Source: Vampirovibrionaceae bacterium NZW_1234 (GTDB taxonomy: Bacteria; Cyanobacteriota; Vampirovibrionia; Vampirovibrionales; JAGQHJ01). From it: a stretch of 64,000 nucleotides of DNA. The notes below the pieces were generated by a model that was not told where the DNA came from, did no database searches, and saw nothing but the letters and a program-made list of their open reading frames with translations. The first letter of the stretch is position 1; each line of letters starts with the position of its first letter. Positions 42,028-52,633 of the stretch are shown piece after piece. Where the stretch lies: positions 1 to 64,000 of the forward strand of contig JBGUGD010000016.1 of the NCBI GenBank assembly GCA_041697335.1, read 5' to 3'. A program made the position numbers and the translations under genes.

Positions 42028-44193
42028 TTGATGCTGTTAACCGAGCCCAATACGTTTTCCGTCTCAAACCGCACCATTAAAAACAACCACCTGTTTCTGG
42101 TGGATACCATGGTGGGCGAAATTCCACAGAACAACAGCTCCGGCATGGGACTTTACAGTTTGGACACCCGATTTTTAAGCACCTACGAGATCCGCCTTAA
42201 CGCCACAGAACCCGTGTGCCTGCTCTCTTCCACCGAATCAGGCTATTTGTCCACCCTGGTCTATACCAACGGGCGAATGCCCAGCGTCGACCATCAAGAG
42301 CGTCCTTGCCTCATTCAGGAAGAATGCCTGCAACTGAAGCGCGAATCGATCCTCGATCATGCCCTGTTTGAAAAGTACACCCTGATCAGTTATAACGACC
42401 AACCGGCACATTTGAAGATCCGCATGCGCTTTGATGCCGACTTTCGGGACATGTTTGAAATCCGCCATCTGGTGCCCTGTAAAGATCGGGCCTTACCTCC
42501 AACCATTGTTGAAGACAACACCCTGATCTTTCGCTACCCCAACCCTGATAAACTGATGGAGACCCGCATTCGTTTTGTAGACGTCTCTCCCATCCACGTG
42601 GATGATCACACGGTGGAGTTGACCTTTTTATTGTACCCTCTCGAGCGTCATGAATTTTTTCTGGAAATTACGCCGTGCAACGACATCACCTTCAATTCGC
42701 CTCTCATCCCCACCAACTTTGAAGATGCCCGAAGCCGGGTGCACACCACCAACATGGTGTGGAAACAGGAGGTCACGGAATTTTTATCGGACAACGATGA
42801 CTTTAACGAAATGCTGTCTCGAAGCCACAAGGACCTTCGCATGTTGATTACCCAGGCCGAAGATGGCCAGCAATTTATTGCCGCAGGCATTCCCTGGTAT
42901 GTCTGCCTCTTTGGCCGAGACAGCATTATTACGGCACGGGAAACCTTGATACTCAACCCGGCCATTGCCAAGTGGACTCTGGAGATCCTGGCCGCCCACC
43001 AAGGGCAAGCGCATCGCCCCTGGCAGGATGAAGAGGCGGGAAAAATCCTGCATGAACTTCGAACCGGTGAGCTGGCCCGGCTCAAGGAGATCCCCCACAC
43101 CCCCTATTATGGCAGTGTGGATGCCACCCCATTGTGGCTGATTTTGCTGTACGACTATTACCTTTGGACCAAGGATCTGGAGACCCTGGAGCGGCTCTGG
43201 CCCCATGCCTTGGCCGCGTTATCCTGGATTGACCGCAACCTGGCCAAAAGCCCCCTGGGTTACGCCACCTACGAGACCGAGAATCACAGCGGCGTCGGCA
43301 TTGTCCACCAGGGCTGGAAAGACTCGAACAACAGCGCCATGTATGAAAACGGCCTTCAGGCCGAACCCCCCATTGCCCTGTCCGAAGTGCAAGGGTATGT
43401 CTATCTGGCCAAACGCCGCATGGCGACACTCGCTGATCTGATGAACGACAAGGCTTTAAAAGCCCGGTTGCGCGAGGAAAACCAAGCCTTTAAAAAGAAA
43501 TTCAACCGGGATTTCTGGATGGACGATCTGCGCTTTTGTGCCATGGGCCTGGACAGTCAGGGTAAACCCCTTCGCGTCATCGCCTCTAACCCCGGTCATT
43601 GTCTGGAAACCGGGATTTTCACGTCGCGCCATGCCTACCAGGTCGTCTCCCGTCTGATGGCCCCCGATATGTTTAGCGGCTGGGGCATTCGCACGCTCAG
43701 TTCCACCATGGCGGCCTACAACCCCATGAGCTACCACAACGGCTCCATCTGGCCTCACGACAATGCCATGATTGCCGCCGGAATGGCGAGCATGCATCGC
43801 ACGGACTTGAGCGAGAAGATCTTTTCCGGCCTGTTTGACGCGGCACGATTGATGGCCTATAAACGCCTGCCGGAACTGTTTTGTGGTTTCTCTCGGGACC
43901 GGGGCAAAATGGATCCCCCCGTCCGCTATCCGGTGGCCTGCTCACCGCAGGCCTGGGCCGCGGCCTCCATCTACAGTCTCATTCAGGCCATGCTCCACAT
44001 CGTACCGGATGTTCCGAACAACACCCTGACCATTACCCAACCCCAGCTACCCCACTTTATGAATCGCCTTCGCATCAGCAACCTGCATGTAGGCAAGGCC
44101 ACGGTGGATCTGGAATTTCGCCGGACCGACAAAACCGTGGTCGTCGATGTCCTCAACCGTTCCGGAAAAGTGGACATTATCGTCAAGATCTGA
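42028..44193 (+). CDS. Amylo-alpha-1,6-glucosidase (glycogen debranching enzyme family)
   Basis: AAGIPWY..FGRDS, GKILHELR, YYGSVDAT, QGWKDS, YHNGSIWPHD, ACSPQAW. Confidence 0.95.
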   Translation: MMLLTEPNTFSVSNRTIKNNHLFLVDTMVGEIPQNNSSGMGLYSLDTRFLSTYEIRLNATEPVCLLSSTESGYLSTLVYTNGRMPSVDHQERPCLIQEECLQLKRESILDHALFEKYTLISYNDQPAHLKIRMRFDADFRDMFEIRHLVPCKDRALPPTIVEDNTLIFRYPNPDKLMETRIRFVDVSPIHVDDHTVELTFLLYPLERHEFFLEITPCNDITFNSPLIPTNFEDARSRVHTTNMVWKQEVTEFLSDNDDFNEMLSRSHKDLRMLITQAEDGQQFIAAGIPWYVCLFGRDSIITARETLILNPAIAKWTLEILAAHQGQAHRPWQDEEAGKILHELRTGELARLKEIPHTPYYGSVDATPLWLILLYDYYLWTKDLETLERLWPHALAALSWIDRNLAKSPLGYATYETENHSGVGIVHQGWKDSNNSAMYENGLQAEPPIALSEVQGYVYLAKRRMATLADLMNDKALKARLREENQAFKKKFNRDFWMDDLRFCAMGLDSQGKPLRVIASNPGHCLETGIFTSRHAYQVVSRLMAPDMFSGWGIRTLSSTMAAYNPMSYHNGSIWPHDNAMIAAGMASMHRTDLSEKIFSGLFDAARLMAYKRLPELFCGFSRDRGKMDPPVRYPVACSPQAWAAASIYSLIQAMLHIVPDVPNNTLTITQPQLPHFMNRLRISNLHVGKATVDLEFRRTDKTVVVDVLNRSGKVDIIVKI

Positions 44194-44284
44194 TCGCGCA
44201 CGTTCAAAAACCAAACACCCCGCCCCAAGCCTTTCGGCTCACGGCAGGGTGTTGCAAAAATAACCCTGAATCGGCTAAAAAGCC

Positions 44285-45457
44285 TTATTTCAAGATGTTG
44301 CGGGCAATAACCATACGCTGGATTTCAGAGGTGCCTTCGCCGATTTCACACAGCTTGGCATCGCGCAAATAGCGCTCCACCGGGAAGTCCTTGGTATAGC
44401 CGTAGCCGCCATGGATTTGAACGGCTTTATTGGCATTGCGAGAAGCCACTTCGGAGGCAAACAACTTGGCCATGGACGCTTCCTTGCCAAAGGGTTGGCC
44501 GGAATCTCTCAAGCGCGCCGCGTGGTAAACCAAATGGCGAGCGGCTTCCACTTCCATGGCCATATCGGCCAGCATAAACTGAATGGCCTGAAACTCGGCA
44601 ATGGCCTTGCCAAATTGCTTGCGCTCCTTGGCATACTGCAACGCCTTGTCCAGACATCCCTGGGCGATCCCCACGCCCAAAGCACCAATGCTGATGCGCC
44701 CGGAATCCAGGGTTTGCATGAAGTACTTAAAGCCCATGCCTTCCTCACCCAGCATGCTGTCACCAGGCAGACGGGCGTCTTCAAAAATCAGGGTGCCCCA
44801 GTCCGATCCGCGCATGCCGAGCTTTTCATCTTTGGGTCCCAGCGAAAACCCCGGGGTGTCTCGTTCAAAGACAAAGGCGCTAATGCCGCTGGTACCACTA
44901 TCCTTGGAGGTTTTGGCTGTGGCCACGTACACCTGGGCATAGTTGGCGTTGGTGATAAAAATCTTTGAGCCGTTCAAGATCCAGTGATCGCCCTGGCGCT
45001 CGGCCTTGGTCTCGGTGCCTCCGGCATCGCTACCGGCATTGGGCTCGGTTAAGCCATACGCCCCAAGGACTTTACCGGAAGCCACTTGGGTCAGATACTT
45101 CTGCTTTTGCTCTTCACTGGCAAACTTGTACAGGGGAATACACACCAGCGAAGTATGTGCGGCAAGGGACAAGGCCGTTGAAGCGCACACCCGGGCAATT
45201 TCTTCCACGGTAATGGCATAGCTCATGTAATCCAGCCCAGCCCCACCGTATTCTTCGGGAATGGGGATCCCCAAAAGGCCTAATTCCGCCATCTGGTTAA
45301 AGCTCTCGATGGGGAATTCCTGTGTCTTATCAATATAGGCTGCTTTGGGCTCAACCACCCCCACGGCAAAATCGCGCACCATGTCGCGGATCATGCATTG
45401 TTCCTGGGTCAGGCCCCACTTGTCTTTGGTCACGTCCATCGTCATTGTCGAGGTCAT
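44285..45457 (-). CDS. Acyl-CoA dehydrogenase
   Basis: LTEPNAGSD, GSKIFITN, QIHGGYGY, EIGEGTSEIQR. Confidence 0.97.
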   Translation of the reverse strand: MTSTMTMDVTKDKWGLTQEQCMIRDMVRDFAVGVVEPKAAYIDKTQEFPIESFNQMAELGLLGIPIPEEYGGAGLDYMSYAITVEEIARVCASTALSLAAHTSLVCIPLYKFASEEQKQKYLTQVASGKVLGAYGLTEPNAGSDAGGTETKAERQGDHWILNGSKIFITNANYAQVYVATAKTSKDSGTSGISAFVFERDTPGFSLGPKDEKLGMRGSDWGTLIFEDARLPGDSMLGEEGMGFKYFMQTLDSGRISIGALGVGIAQGCLDKALQYAKERKQFGKAIAEFQAIQFMLADMAMEVEAARHLVYHAARLRDSGQPFGKEASMAKLFASEVASRNANKAVQIHGGYGYTKDFPVERYLRDAKLCEIGEGTSEIQRMVIARNILK

Positions 45458-45696
45458 CCTGTTTTGATCTCCTCATTACCTTATGCAAAAATACGATTGG
45501 CCTTACCCCTCCTTACATAACCCAGGTAATGCCATTGAGATTGTAATCGGAAAGCATCGTGCCGTAAAGAACGGTTCTCTTTCTTCCGGCCCTTGACAAC
45601 ACTTCCCGACTCAGGGAGTAGCCCTTAAAAAACCCTTGTCGAAACAGCCGATGCGGCCCTCCCCTCATTGCCCGCCATTGACCCCAAAAGGACCCT

Positions 45697-46260
45697 ATGC
45701 CCATGACTGCCCTCACCAAAGAAGACCTGTTTCGCCTCATTGTCCAGGAAGGCCCGGAAGGGTTTAACCAGTACCGACGCCGGACCGAATATGACATCAT
45801 TGACTTAAGCCGCGTGGATTTTTCCGGCATGGATCTGTCCGGCATCAATTTCAGCCAGGCCAACCTCCATGGGACCATCCTGGATTTTTGTGTGTTGCAT
45901 GAAGCCACGCTGATTTTTACCCAGTTTCTGCGATCTTCCTTACGCGAAACCCAGTTCAATCTGGCCAATGCCGCGGAAGCCGATTTTTCCGAATGCGATC
46001 TGTATCAGGCCAACTTCACCGGGGCCGAGTTGATTGAAGCCCGCTTTGTGGGCTGTGACGCCAAGGAGGCGCAATTTATCGATGCCGACCTCAGTGGTGC
46101 CAATTTTCAGAAAGCCTATTTGAACGATGCCAATTTTAATGGCGCCAACCTTTGCGGCACGGACTTTCGCCACGCCGAAATGGAATGGGCCATCCTGACC
46201 GGGGTCAAATTCAGCGAAGCCACCCAGTGGAGCAACCAAAAGCCCCCGGGTGCCCTCTAG
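45697..46260 (+). CDS. Pentapeptide repeat protein
   Basis: A(D/N)(L/F)xx repeats (ANFTGAEL, ADLSGANF, ANFNGANL). Confidence 0.92.
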   Translation: MPMTALTKEDLFRLIVQEGPEGFNQYRRRTEYDIIDLSRVDFSGMDLSGINFSQANLHGTILDFCVLHEATLIFTQFLRSSLRETQFNLANAAEADFSECDLYQANFTGAELIEARFVGCDAKEAQFIDADLSGANFQKAYLNDANFNGANLCGTDFRHAEMEWAILTGVKFSEATQWSNQKPPGAL

Positions 46261-46839
46261 CGAGTCCACCATTGCGGCCAAGCCTGGGTCTTCAAAGAAT
46301 CACCCCGCCTGGTGACTTCCTTTGTGAGGGGGGCGTCATCCAAAGCGGGGTGGGGATCAACACTGGGGAAATGACCTCGGGGGATGAGGCATTAACCTTG
46401 GGGTCTTTGAGGCTGTTGGGGCCTCTTTGGCTGCTGCGCCTGATTAGGACGCTTTACGCCAGTCGAAAAAGGACGAATTGCAAAACTCATCGTCAGTCCT
46501 CACTGTCTTTGGCTAACACTAACGTATATACCCAGCGTCGTCAGTCCTGCTGACGGGCTGATGGAACTGGTTTTAACATAAGGCAATAGTGAGTACAAGA
46601 TGTATAGTTGATTTATCCTTGATTGCATCAGGATGCCCCAAGGCCCATCAGGATCATGATTGATAGCATTCCGGCGTCAAAACACCATCCACCTGATAGG
46701 CATTGCATGTCAGTCCCGGCCAATGATGGCAAATTTTGTTACATCCCGGACGGCAAAATCCCCCACCCGGAGAGCCCCCATTTTGGCAGCATGGTACACT
46801 GTCGCTAGCATGTCTGTTGCATTCATAAGGAGCCTTTGT

Positions 46840-47583
46840 GTGACCGCCATTGCCCCAATTGCCTTTTCCCACAGCGATTTTCTCGTCATTTTGACCGGGG
46901 CGGGCATCAGCGCCGAATCCGGTGTGCGGACCTTTCGGGACAATAACGGCCTCTGGGAGACCTATCGGGTCGAAGACGTGGCCACCCCGGAAGCCTTTGC
47001 CCATGACCCCAAATTGGTATGGCGTTTTTACCATGAGCGTCGCGAGCAGTTAAAAACCGTAGGGCCCAACCCGGCCCACATGGCCTTGGCCCAACTGGAC
47101 CATCTCCTCGGGCCTGAACGCTATCTTCTGGTCACCCAGAACGTGGATGACCTTCACGAGCGTGGCGGAAGCCAGGCCGTGGTCCATATGCATGGCGAGC
47201 TTCTCAAGGTGCGCTGCACCGGCTGCCACCGGGTAGAGCATACCGATGCGGATCTGCTGAGCAAGGCGCCTGATGGGCTCCCCTATTGCGCCTGTGGCAG
47301 CCTGCTTCGCCCCCATATCGTCTGGTTTGGGGAAATGCCCTTTGACATGCCCCGGATTCAGTCGGCCTTACGACAGGCCACCCATTTTCTGGCCATCGGT
47401 ACCAGCGGGGTCGTCTACCCGGCAGCCGGCTTTTTACAACTGGCCAAGCAATGCGGCGCCCAAACCTTTGGCATTAACCTGGAGCCACCGGACAATCATG
47501 GGCTCTTCGATGTGTTTTTCCAGGGTAAGGCCGGGAACATGGTACCTGCCTTTGTCGACGCACTGGACATTAAAGCATCTTAA
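46840..47583 (+). CDS. cobB: NAD-dependent protein deacylase (sirtuin, class III-like)
   Basis: TGAGISAESG, TQNVD, HG, Zn-binding cysteines, GTS; FYHERR YxxR motif; GTG 46840 with AAGGAG SD. Confidence 0.93.
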   Translation: MTAIAPIAFSHSDFLVILTGAGISAESGVRTFRDNNGLWETYRVEDVATPEAFAHDPKLVWRFYHERREQLKTVGPNPAHMALAQLDHLLGPERYLLVTQNVDDLHERGGSQAVVHMHGELLKVRCTGCHRVEHTDADLLSKAPDGLPYCACGSLLRPHIVWFGEMPFDMPRIQSALRQATHFLAIGTSGVVYPAAGFLQLAKQCGAQTFGINLEPPDNHGLFDVFFQGKAGNMVPAFVDALDIKAS

Positions 47584-47940
47584 CCCTATTCACGTCAGAA
47601 TACCCCTGACCAATCCTGTTTTTTTACACAATTCCCCACAAGCCCTTGTCTCTACTGACTATTGGCCTCCTCAATCCTGAAGAATTCCTTAAGATCCGGA
47701 CATCAGGCGTATTTATATTATATAATAAAGATATAATTGAATCCATGCTCATGCCAACACGGAAAAACGCGTAAATTCGCGTAAAAATAGCCCCAAAAAC
47801 CCATTTTCGAGGACCCAATGCCCATTCCCACCCCCGTCCAGACCACAGAGACAACACCCAAAATCCTCTCCCATAAAGGGTTTTGGCGATTTTTGACCGC
47901 ACAGCCCCCTGGGCCCTCCCACCCCCAGTCGGCCTCAGAT

Positions 47941-48045
47941 CACGCGTGTTTCCGCGTGAAAGACGCGTGTTTCGCGCGTGATTGGCGCGTAAAATGCGCG
48001 TGTTTGACGCGTGAATGCCCGATTTTCACGCGCGAAACACGCGGG
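47941..48045. repeat. Array of CGCGT-core repeats with about 11-bp period plus inverted copies
   Basis: CGCGT at 47943, 47953, 47964, 47975, 47986, 47997 and 48008; 48026-48043 is the exact reverse complement of 47964-47981. Confidence 0.85.
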
Positions 48046-48124
48046 ACCTTCCCCCACACCCGCATGCTCGCGCGCTGTGCTTGTGGTTCAATAACCACAC
48101 ATGGCCCCGGGGAGGATGGAACAG

Positions 48125-49972
48125 ATGCAACGCCTTTGGCTCAACACAGGGTATACTGAGGCAAGGACCTCGTCACTTCGGTTTTCGCGTATGACACGAC
48201 ACTTGCCCCAACAGCTTGAATCCACCGTGTATGACGCCATCGTCATCGGTGGCGGGTGTAATGGCACCGGAGAAGGTCGGGATCTGGCCCTTCGGGGGGC
48301 CTCGGTCCTGCTTCTGGACAAATCGGACCCCAATAAAGCCACTCACCACAACTCCCACCTGGGCCATGGCGGCCTACGCTACCTGCAACACTTTGAACTG
48401 GGCCTGGTCAAGGAAGCCCGCCAGGAACTGGCCCACCTGATGCACATTGCCCCCCATCTGGTACGCCCCTTGAGCATGGTGGTCCCCGTGTATGAGGGCG
48501 ACCCCTATCGTCCCTGGATGGTGAAAGTGGGGCTGATGATGTACGACTGGTTCTGTGGCCTGTTCTCCGGCAAAAACACCCTGCCTCGCCATCAACGCCT
48601 GTCACCGCAGGATCTGACCCAGCCGTCCGGATCCGGGAATCTTCCGTCCCTTCGGGCCGAGCGGCAATCCGGTCAGCGTCTTCTGGCCGGATTCAAGTAC
48701 TATGACACCCAAATTGTCTACCCCTCTCGCCTGGCCATTGAGAACATCCGGGACATGGTGTCACAGCACTCCCCGGACAAACCCGTCCATGCCCTGGGTC
48801 ATACCGAGGTTGTGGCCCTGGAAGAGCATCCCGAGTTTGTGACCGTCACGTTTAAAGACCAGCTGGACCCCAACGGCAAAACCTATCAGGTCAAGGCCCG
48901 AACGGTGTTGAACACCACCGGGGCCGGGGTCGACAAAATCATCGAGCGCACCCAATCCCCCCATGCCCTGTCGGCCCCACAGATGGGTCCCACCAAAGGC
49001 ACCCACATCATGGTGCCCAACACCCTGGGGCTGAAGGATACGGTCTATGCTCCGGCCACAGACGGGCGACCCTTCTTCGTGATCCCTTACCCCTTATCCT
49101 CAGACCCCAAAACCCCGAGCAAGTACCTTCTCATCGGGACCACGGACGATAAAACCTGGGATAGTCCCTATCCCACGGCAAAAGAGGTGGACTACCTCCT
49201 GGCCTCAACCCGTCATGTCTTTCCCCAGGCCACGTTTACCCCAGACGATGTGTTTTGGGCATACTCGGGCTTTCGCCCGCTGCCCGCGAGCTCGAAAAAA
49301 GCAGGAGCCGTCACCCGCCGTCACGTCATCCAGCGCCAAGGAGCCAGTCGCATCTTTCACATCATTGGTGGCAAGCTCACCACCTACCGGAGCCTCTCCC
49401 AAGAGGTCACCGACAAAGTCCTGGCCCTCTTAAAGCGGACCGCACCCACTTCGGCTGCCCTTGCCTTCAAACCCTGCACGACAGCCACCCGCCCCTTGCC
49501 GGGAGGCCACGGAATTCACTCGCTTGAGACCTACAAAGCCCAAGAGGTCCCCCAGGCCACGTCGGCTTACGGGGTCTCAGAACCCCTGGTCGTCGAACTG
49601 ATCCATCGCTACGGTGCCCGCTATCGCGAGGTCCTGGACCTGACCCGGCCTGACCCCGCCGATCCGGTGCGAGGCCCCCATTTGTTGGCTCCCATCACCC
49701 AGCACCCAGGTGCCCCCCCAACGATTCTGGCCCAAGCCTTGCATGCCCTCCGCTATGAAGGGGCTGAAACCCTGATGGACATCATGACGGTCTCGCTCAA
49801 ACTGGATCAAATCCCTGGCGCTGGGCTTGATGGCCTCTTGGCCGTGGTGAATCTTTTGGCCCAGGAGCGCGCCCCCTTCAGCGATGCTGAAAAGCAGGCT
49901 GAACTCTCGCAGTACCGCCAGTTTGCGGCCCAAAACCTGCAATGGCAGAAAACTCCAGCCCCCACAGCCTAA
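48125..49972 (+). CDS. glpD: FAD-dependent glycerol-3-phosphate dehydrogenase homolog with N-terminal extension
   Basis: YDAIVIGGG, HGGLRYL, KGTHI, IGTTD, GGKLTTYR; ATG 48125 with GGAGG SD. Confidence 0.85.
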   Translation: MQRLWLNTGYTEARTSSLRFSRMTRHLPQQLESTVYDAIVIGGGCNGTGEGRDLALRGASVLLLDKSDPNKATHHNSHLGHGGLRYLQHFELGLVKEARQELAHLMHIAPHLVRPLSMVVPVYEGDPYRPWMVKVGLMMYDWFCGLFSGKNTLPRHQRLSPQDLTQPSGSGNLPSLRAERQSGQRLLAGFKYYDTQIVYPSRLAIENIRDMVSQHSPDKPVHALGHTEVVALEEHPEFVTVTFKDQLDPNGKTYQVKARTVLNTTGAGVDKIIERTQSPHALSAPQMGPTKGTHIMVPNTLGLKDTVYAPATDGRPFFVIPYPLSSDPKTPSKYLLIGTTDDKTWDSPYPTAKEVDYLLASTRHVFPQATFTPDDVFWAYSGFRPLPASSKKAGAVTRRHVIQRQGASRIFHIIGGKLTTYRSLSQEVTDKVLALLKRTAPTSAALAFKPCTTATRPLPGGHGIHSLETYKAQEVPQATSAYGVSEPLVVELIHRYGARYREVLDLTRPDPADPVRGPHLLAPITQHPGAPPTILAQALHALRYEGAETLMDIMTVSLKLDQIPGAGLDGLLAVVNLLAQERAPFSDAEKQAELSQYRQFAAQNLQWQKTPAPTA

Positions 49973-50014
49973 GCCGGGAGCCTCGATTGGCCAGAGGCCT
50001 GAACGTTGATAGTA

Positions 50015-50707
50015 CTAGGGCTTGGTTTGGGGCTTGCGGGCCAGGATCATGGTGTAGGGCAGGGGAGAGGCAACTGACTCCACGGTCAACCCAGACCGCT
50101 CGACCCAGGTTTTCATCTGAGCCAGACCCACTGGCTCAACACCGGGCTGAAAAACCTTCTTGCCGATAAGCTTGGCGTCCTGAGCCCCCGGCATCCGACG
50201 AACCCACTTGTACCCCATCGGGGTCGGGGCCGATAGAATCAACCCTTCGGCACTCACCCGGCTCATTTCCTTCACCCAGTGGCGGGGTAAGCCCGAGCGG
50301 CCCAAAAAGCCGTGGCTGATGACCACATCAAAGTAGTTGTCCTTAAAGGGCAGGGTCTCGGCAGGCGAGATCTCCACAAACTCAATGCGACAGCAGTTCT
50401 TTTCCTTGGCCTCGGCAATGGTCTCAGGGTCAAACTCCACGCCAATGACCTGGGATTGCATAAAGGTCTGGGCCACATAGGACAGCATCGTACCGTCACC
50501 CGAGCCCACTTCCAGAATCCGGCGGGGGACCCAGCCCAACTCACTTAAAAACAGGTTAAAGCTACTCATATACGATTTCAGCATCATCCGGGACAGCCAT
50601 GTGGCTGGCACATCGGGTTGAGACGCACGGCGCTCCTCGCAATCCAAGGGTGTTACGAGGGGTTGGCTAATAACCGTCGAGGGGCGATCCAAAACAGAGG
50701 TACTCAT
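50015..50707 (-). CDS. Class I SAM-dependent methyltransferase
   Basis: ILEVGSGDG, LPFKDNYFDVV. Confidence 0.85.
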   Translation of the reverse strand: MSTSVLDRPSTVISQPLVTPLDCEERRASQPDVPATWLSRMMLKSYMSSFNLFLSELGWVPRRILEVGSGDGTMLSYVAQTFMQSQVIGVEFDPETIAEAKEKNCCRIEFVEISPAETLPFKDNYFDVVISHGFLGRSGLPRHWVKEMSRVSAEGLILSAPTPMGYKWVRRMPGAQDAKLIGKKVFQPGVEPVGLAQMKTWVERSGLTVESVASPLPYTMILARKPQTKP

Positions 50708-50989
50708 GGGGTAACGTCTAACTCCTTAGGACAATCATCTGTTTCTCCATAGTTAAACCTAGCCGAATTTCAAACCCGCGACAACTGTCTATGGCAAAAG
50801 GTTTACACACGGGGTCATCACGGCCATGATGAGACGGGATCAACAGTGGGACAAACACCGATAAAGAACGGGTTTTTGCTTGCAGGTTCCGTCGGCATGG
50901 CCTAGAATAAAGGCGTAGCGCATGGGGCAGTGGGCCCCTCGGAAACCCTCCTGAAGCAATCGCTTGAAGCCATCGAAGGAAACGGTGCG

Positions 50990-51385
50990 ATGAACCAGCC
51001 TCCCCAATTGAATATCCCCTCCCAGCCGGAATCCGGGCTCTACACCGAACAGCGCCCGTGGGGAAGCTTTACGGTTCTGATGGATGTGCCCGCCTACAAG
51101 GTCAAACAAATTGTGGTCCTGCCGGGCCAACGCCTGAGCCTGCAACTGCATCATCAACGGGAAGAGCATTGGCTGATTACCGTGGGCTCGCCGGATGTCA
51201 CCGTGGGTGAAGAGACCCAGCCTTACAAACCCGGGGACTATATCTTCATCCCCAAGGAAACCAAGCACCGGATTGCCAATCCAGGCACCACCCCCGTCGA
51301 ATTCATTGAAATCCAGCGGGGCGAGTACTTTGGCGAAGACGACATCGTCCGCTTTCAGGACGATTACAACCGGGCCACCCCCTAA
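50990..51385 (+). CDS. Mannose-6-phosphate isomerase type II C-terminal cupin protein
   Basis: RPWGSF, LSLQLHHQREEHW, EIQRGEYFGEDDIVRFQDDY; AAGGA SD. Confidence 0.93.
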   Translation: MNQPPQLNIPSQPESGLYTEQRPWGSFTVLMDVPAYKVKQIVVLPGQRLSLQLHHQREEHWLITVGSPDVTVGEETQPYKPGDYIFIPKETKHRIANPGTTPVEFIEIQRGEYFGEDDIVRFQDDYNRATP

Positions 51386-51393
51386 GCTTTGCA

Positions 51394-52581
51394 ATGACGG
51401 ACAGCAGAGAACGAATTGTCTTCTTTAAAGGCCACAGCCAGTACGATGCCGTGTGCCATCTCCTGGACGATTTAGCCCAAGCCTTCTATCAGTTGGGCTA
51501 TGCTCCGGAGATCATTCCCCTGGAAGAAGCCACCCTCCTAAACCAGTTGAAAACCGTCCTTCAAGCGGGGAATATCAAGCTCTTCATTGGCCTGAACGGC
51601 TGGGGCATGCCCTTGCAACTGGCCGGGCGCAGCCTGTACGACCAGCTCAACATTCCGTTTCTGGCCTACTTTGTGGATCATCCAGTCCATAACATCCCCC
51701 GCTTCGATATCGCCATCGACAAGCTGGCCTACGCCTTTGTGGATGAAACCCACCTGGACTTCTTCCGGCAATACATTTCTCCCCCAAACCCGGCTGGCTT
51801 TATCCCCCACGGTGGCTGGGCCCACCATGCCTCTCTCACCCCCTTTCAAGACCGTCCCCATGACCTGGTGTTTGTGGGGACCCTGGGCGACCCGGAGGCG
51901 ATGGCCCCAGAGCTGACGTTTTCCGATCCCCTACTCACCCGGGTGGTGTGGGGAACCCTTGAGGCGTGTCTCCCCCAGAACACCCCGGATTTTACCCACC
52001 AGTTCCTGACCGCCTGCCTACAGGAGAATTTCGACCTCAGTCGCCTGAGTACACCCCAAACCTTCGATATTCTGGGCAAAATTGAGCGCTACGTCAGGGT
52101 CAAGCGCCGCTTAAACCTCTTGGCTTCTATCCAGTCATTCCCCCTGACGCTCTATACGAACGACCCCAATGCCGCACGACTGAAAAACCCACGTTTAACG
52201 GTTCATCCGGCCATCCCCTACCGAGAATTGGTCAACCTCTTTGACCAGAGCAAACTGGTCCTGCATACCTCCCCCTTTATCAGTGCCGGGGGCCATGATC
52301 GCCTGTTCTATGCCATGCTCCAGGGCGCCGCCTGCCTCAGCGATACCAACCCCTGGCTCCAAGCACAGTATCACCATGGCCAGCACCTTTACTATTACGA
52401 TCTGGGCGCCCCCAACCTGGATGACCTGCTTTACACCATTGCCCAAGATCCCGACACCTGGGCATCCGTTGCCGAGGCAGGCTGTATCCGGACACAACAG
52501 GCCCACACGTGGCTTCATCGGGCCCAAGCCATCTTAACGTTAATGGAAACCGCAACAGGGCTGTCAAACGTTCACGCCTGA
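51394..52581 (+). CDS. Glycosyltransferase (CgeB/Glyco_trans_1_2-like)
   Basis: VDHP, FVG, GGHDRLFYAML.GA..SD, HTWLHRA. Confidence 0.8.
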   Translation: MTDSRERIVFFKGHSQYDAVCHLLDDLAQAFYQLGYAPEIIPLEEATLLNQLKTVLQAGNIKLFIGLNGWGMPLQLAGRSLYDQLNIPFLAYFVDHPVHNIPRFDIAIDKLAYAFVDETHLDFFRQYISPPNPAGFIPHGGWAHHASLTPFQDRPHDLVFVGTLGDPEAMAPELTFSDPLLTRVVWGTLEACLPQNTPDFTHQFLTACLQENFDLSRLSTPQTFDILGKIERYVRVKRRLNLLASIQSFPLTLYTNDPNAARLKNPRLTVHPAIPYRELVNLFDQSKLVLHTSPFISAGGHDRLFYAMLQGAACLSDTNPWLQAQYHHGQHLYYYDLGAPNLDDLLYTIAQDPDTWASVAEAGCIRTQQAHTWLHRAQAILTLMETATGLSNVHA

Positions 52582-52633
52582 CGTTAAGCCCCGCACAGGG
52601 CCGTGATATCCTCTGGTTTGGGGGACGTGTGCC

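Noticed and set aside
47818..48159. 113-aa ORF with repeated ACF/CAC
   Set aside because: An 11-bp repeat period is not codon-compatible; the peptide pattern is a by-product of the DNA repeat.
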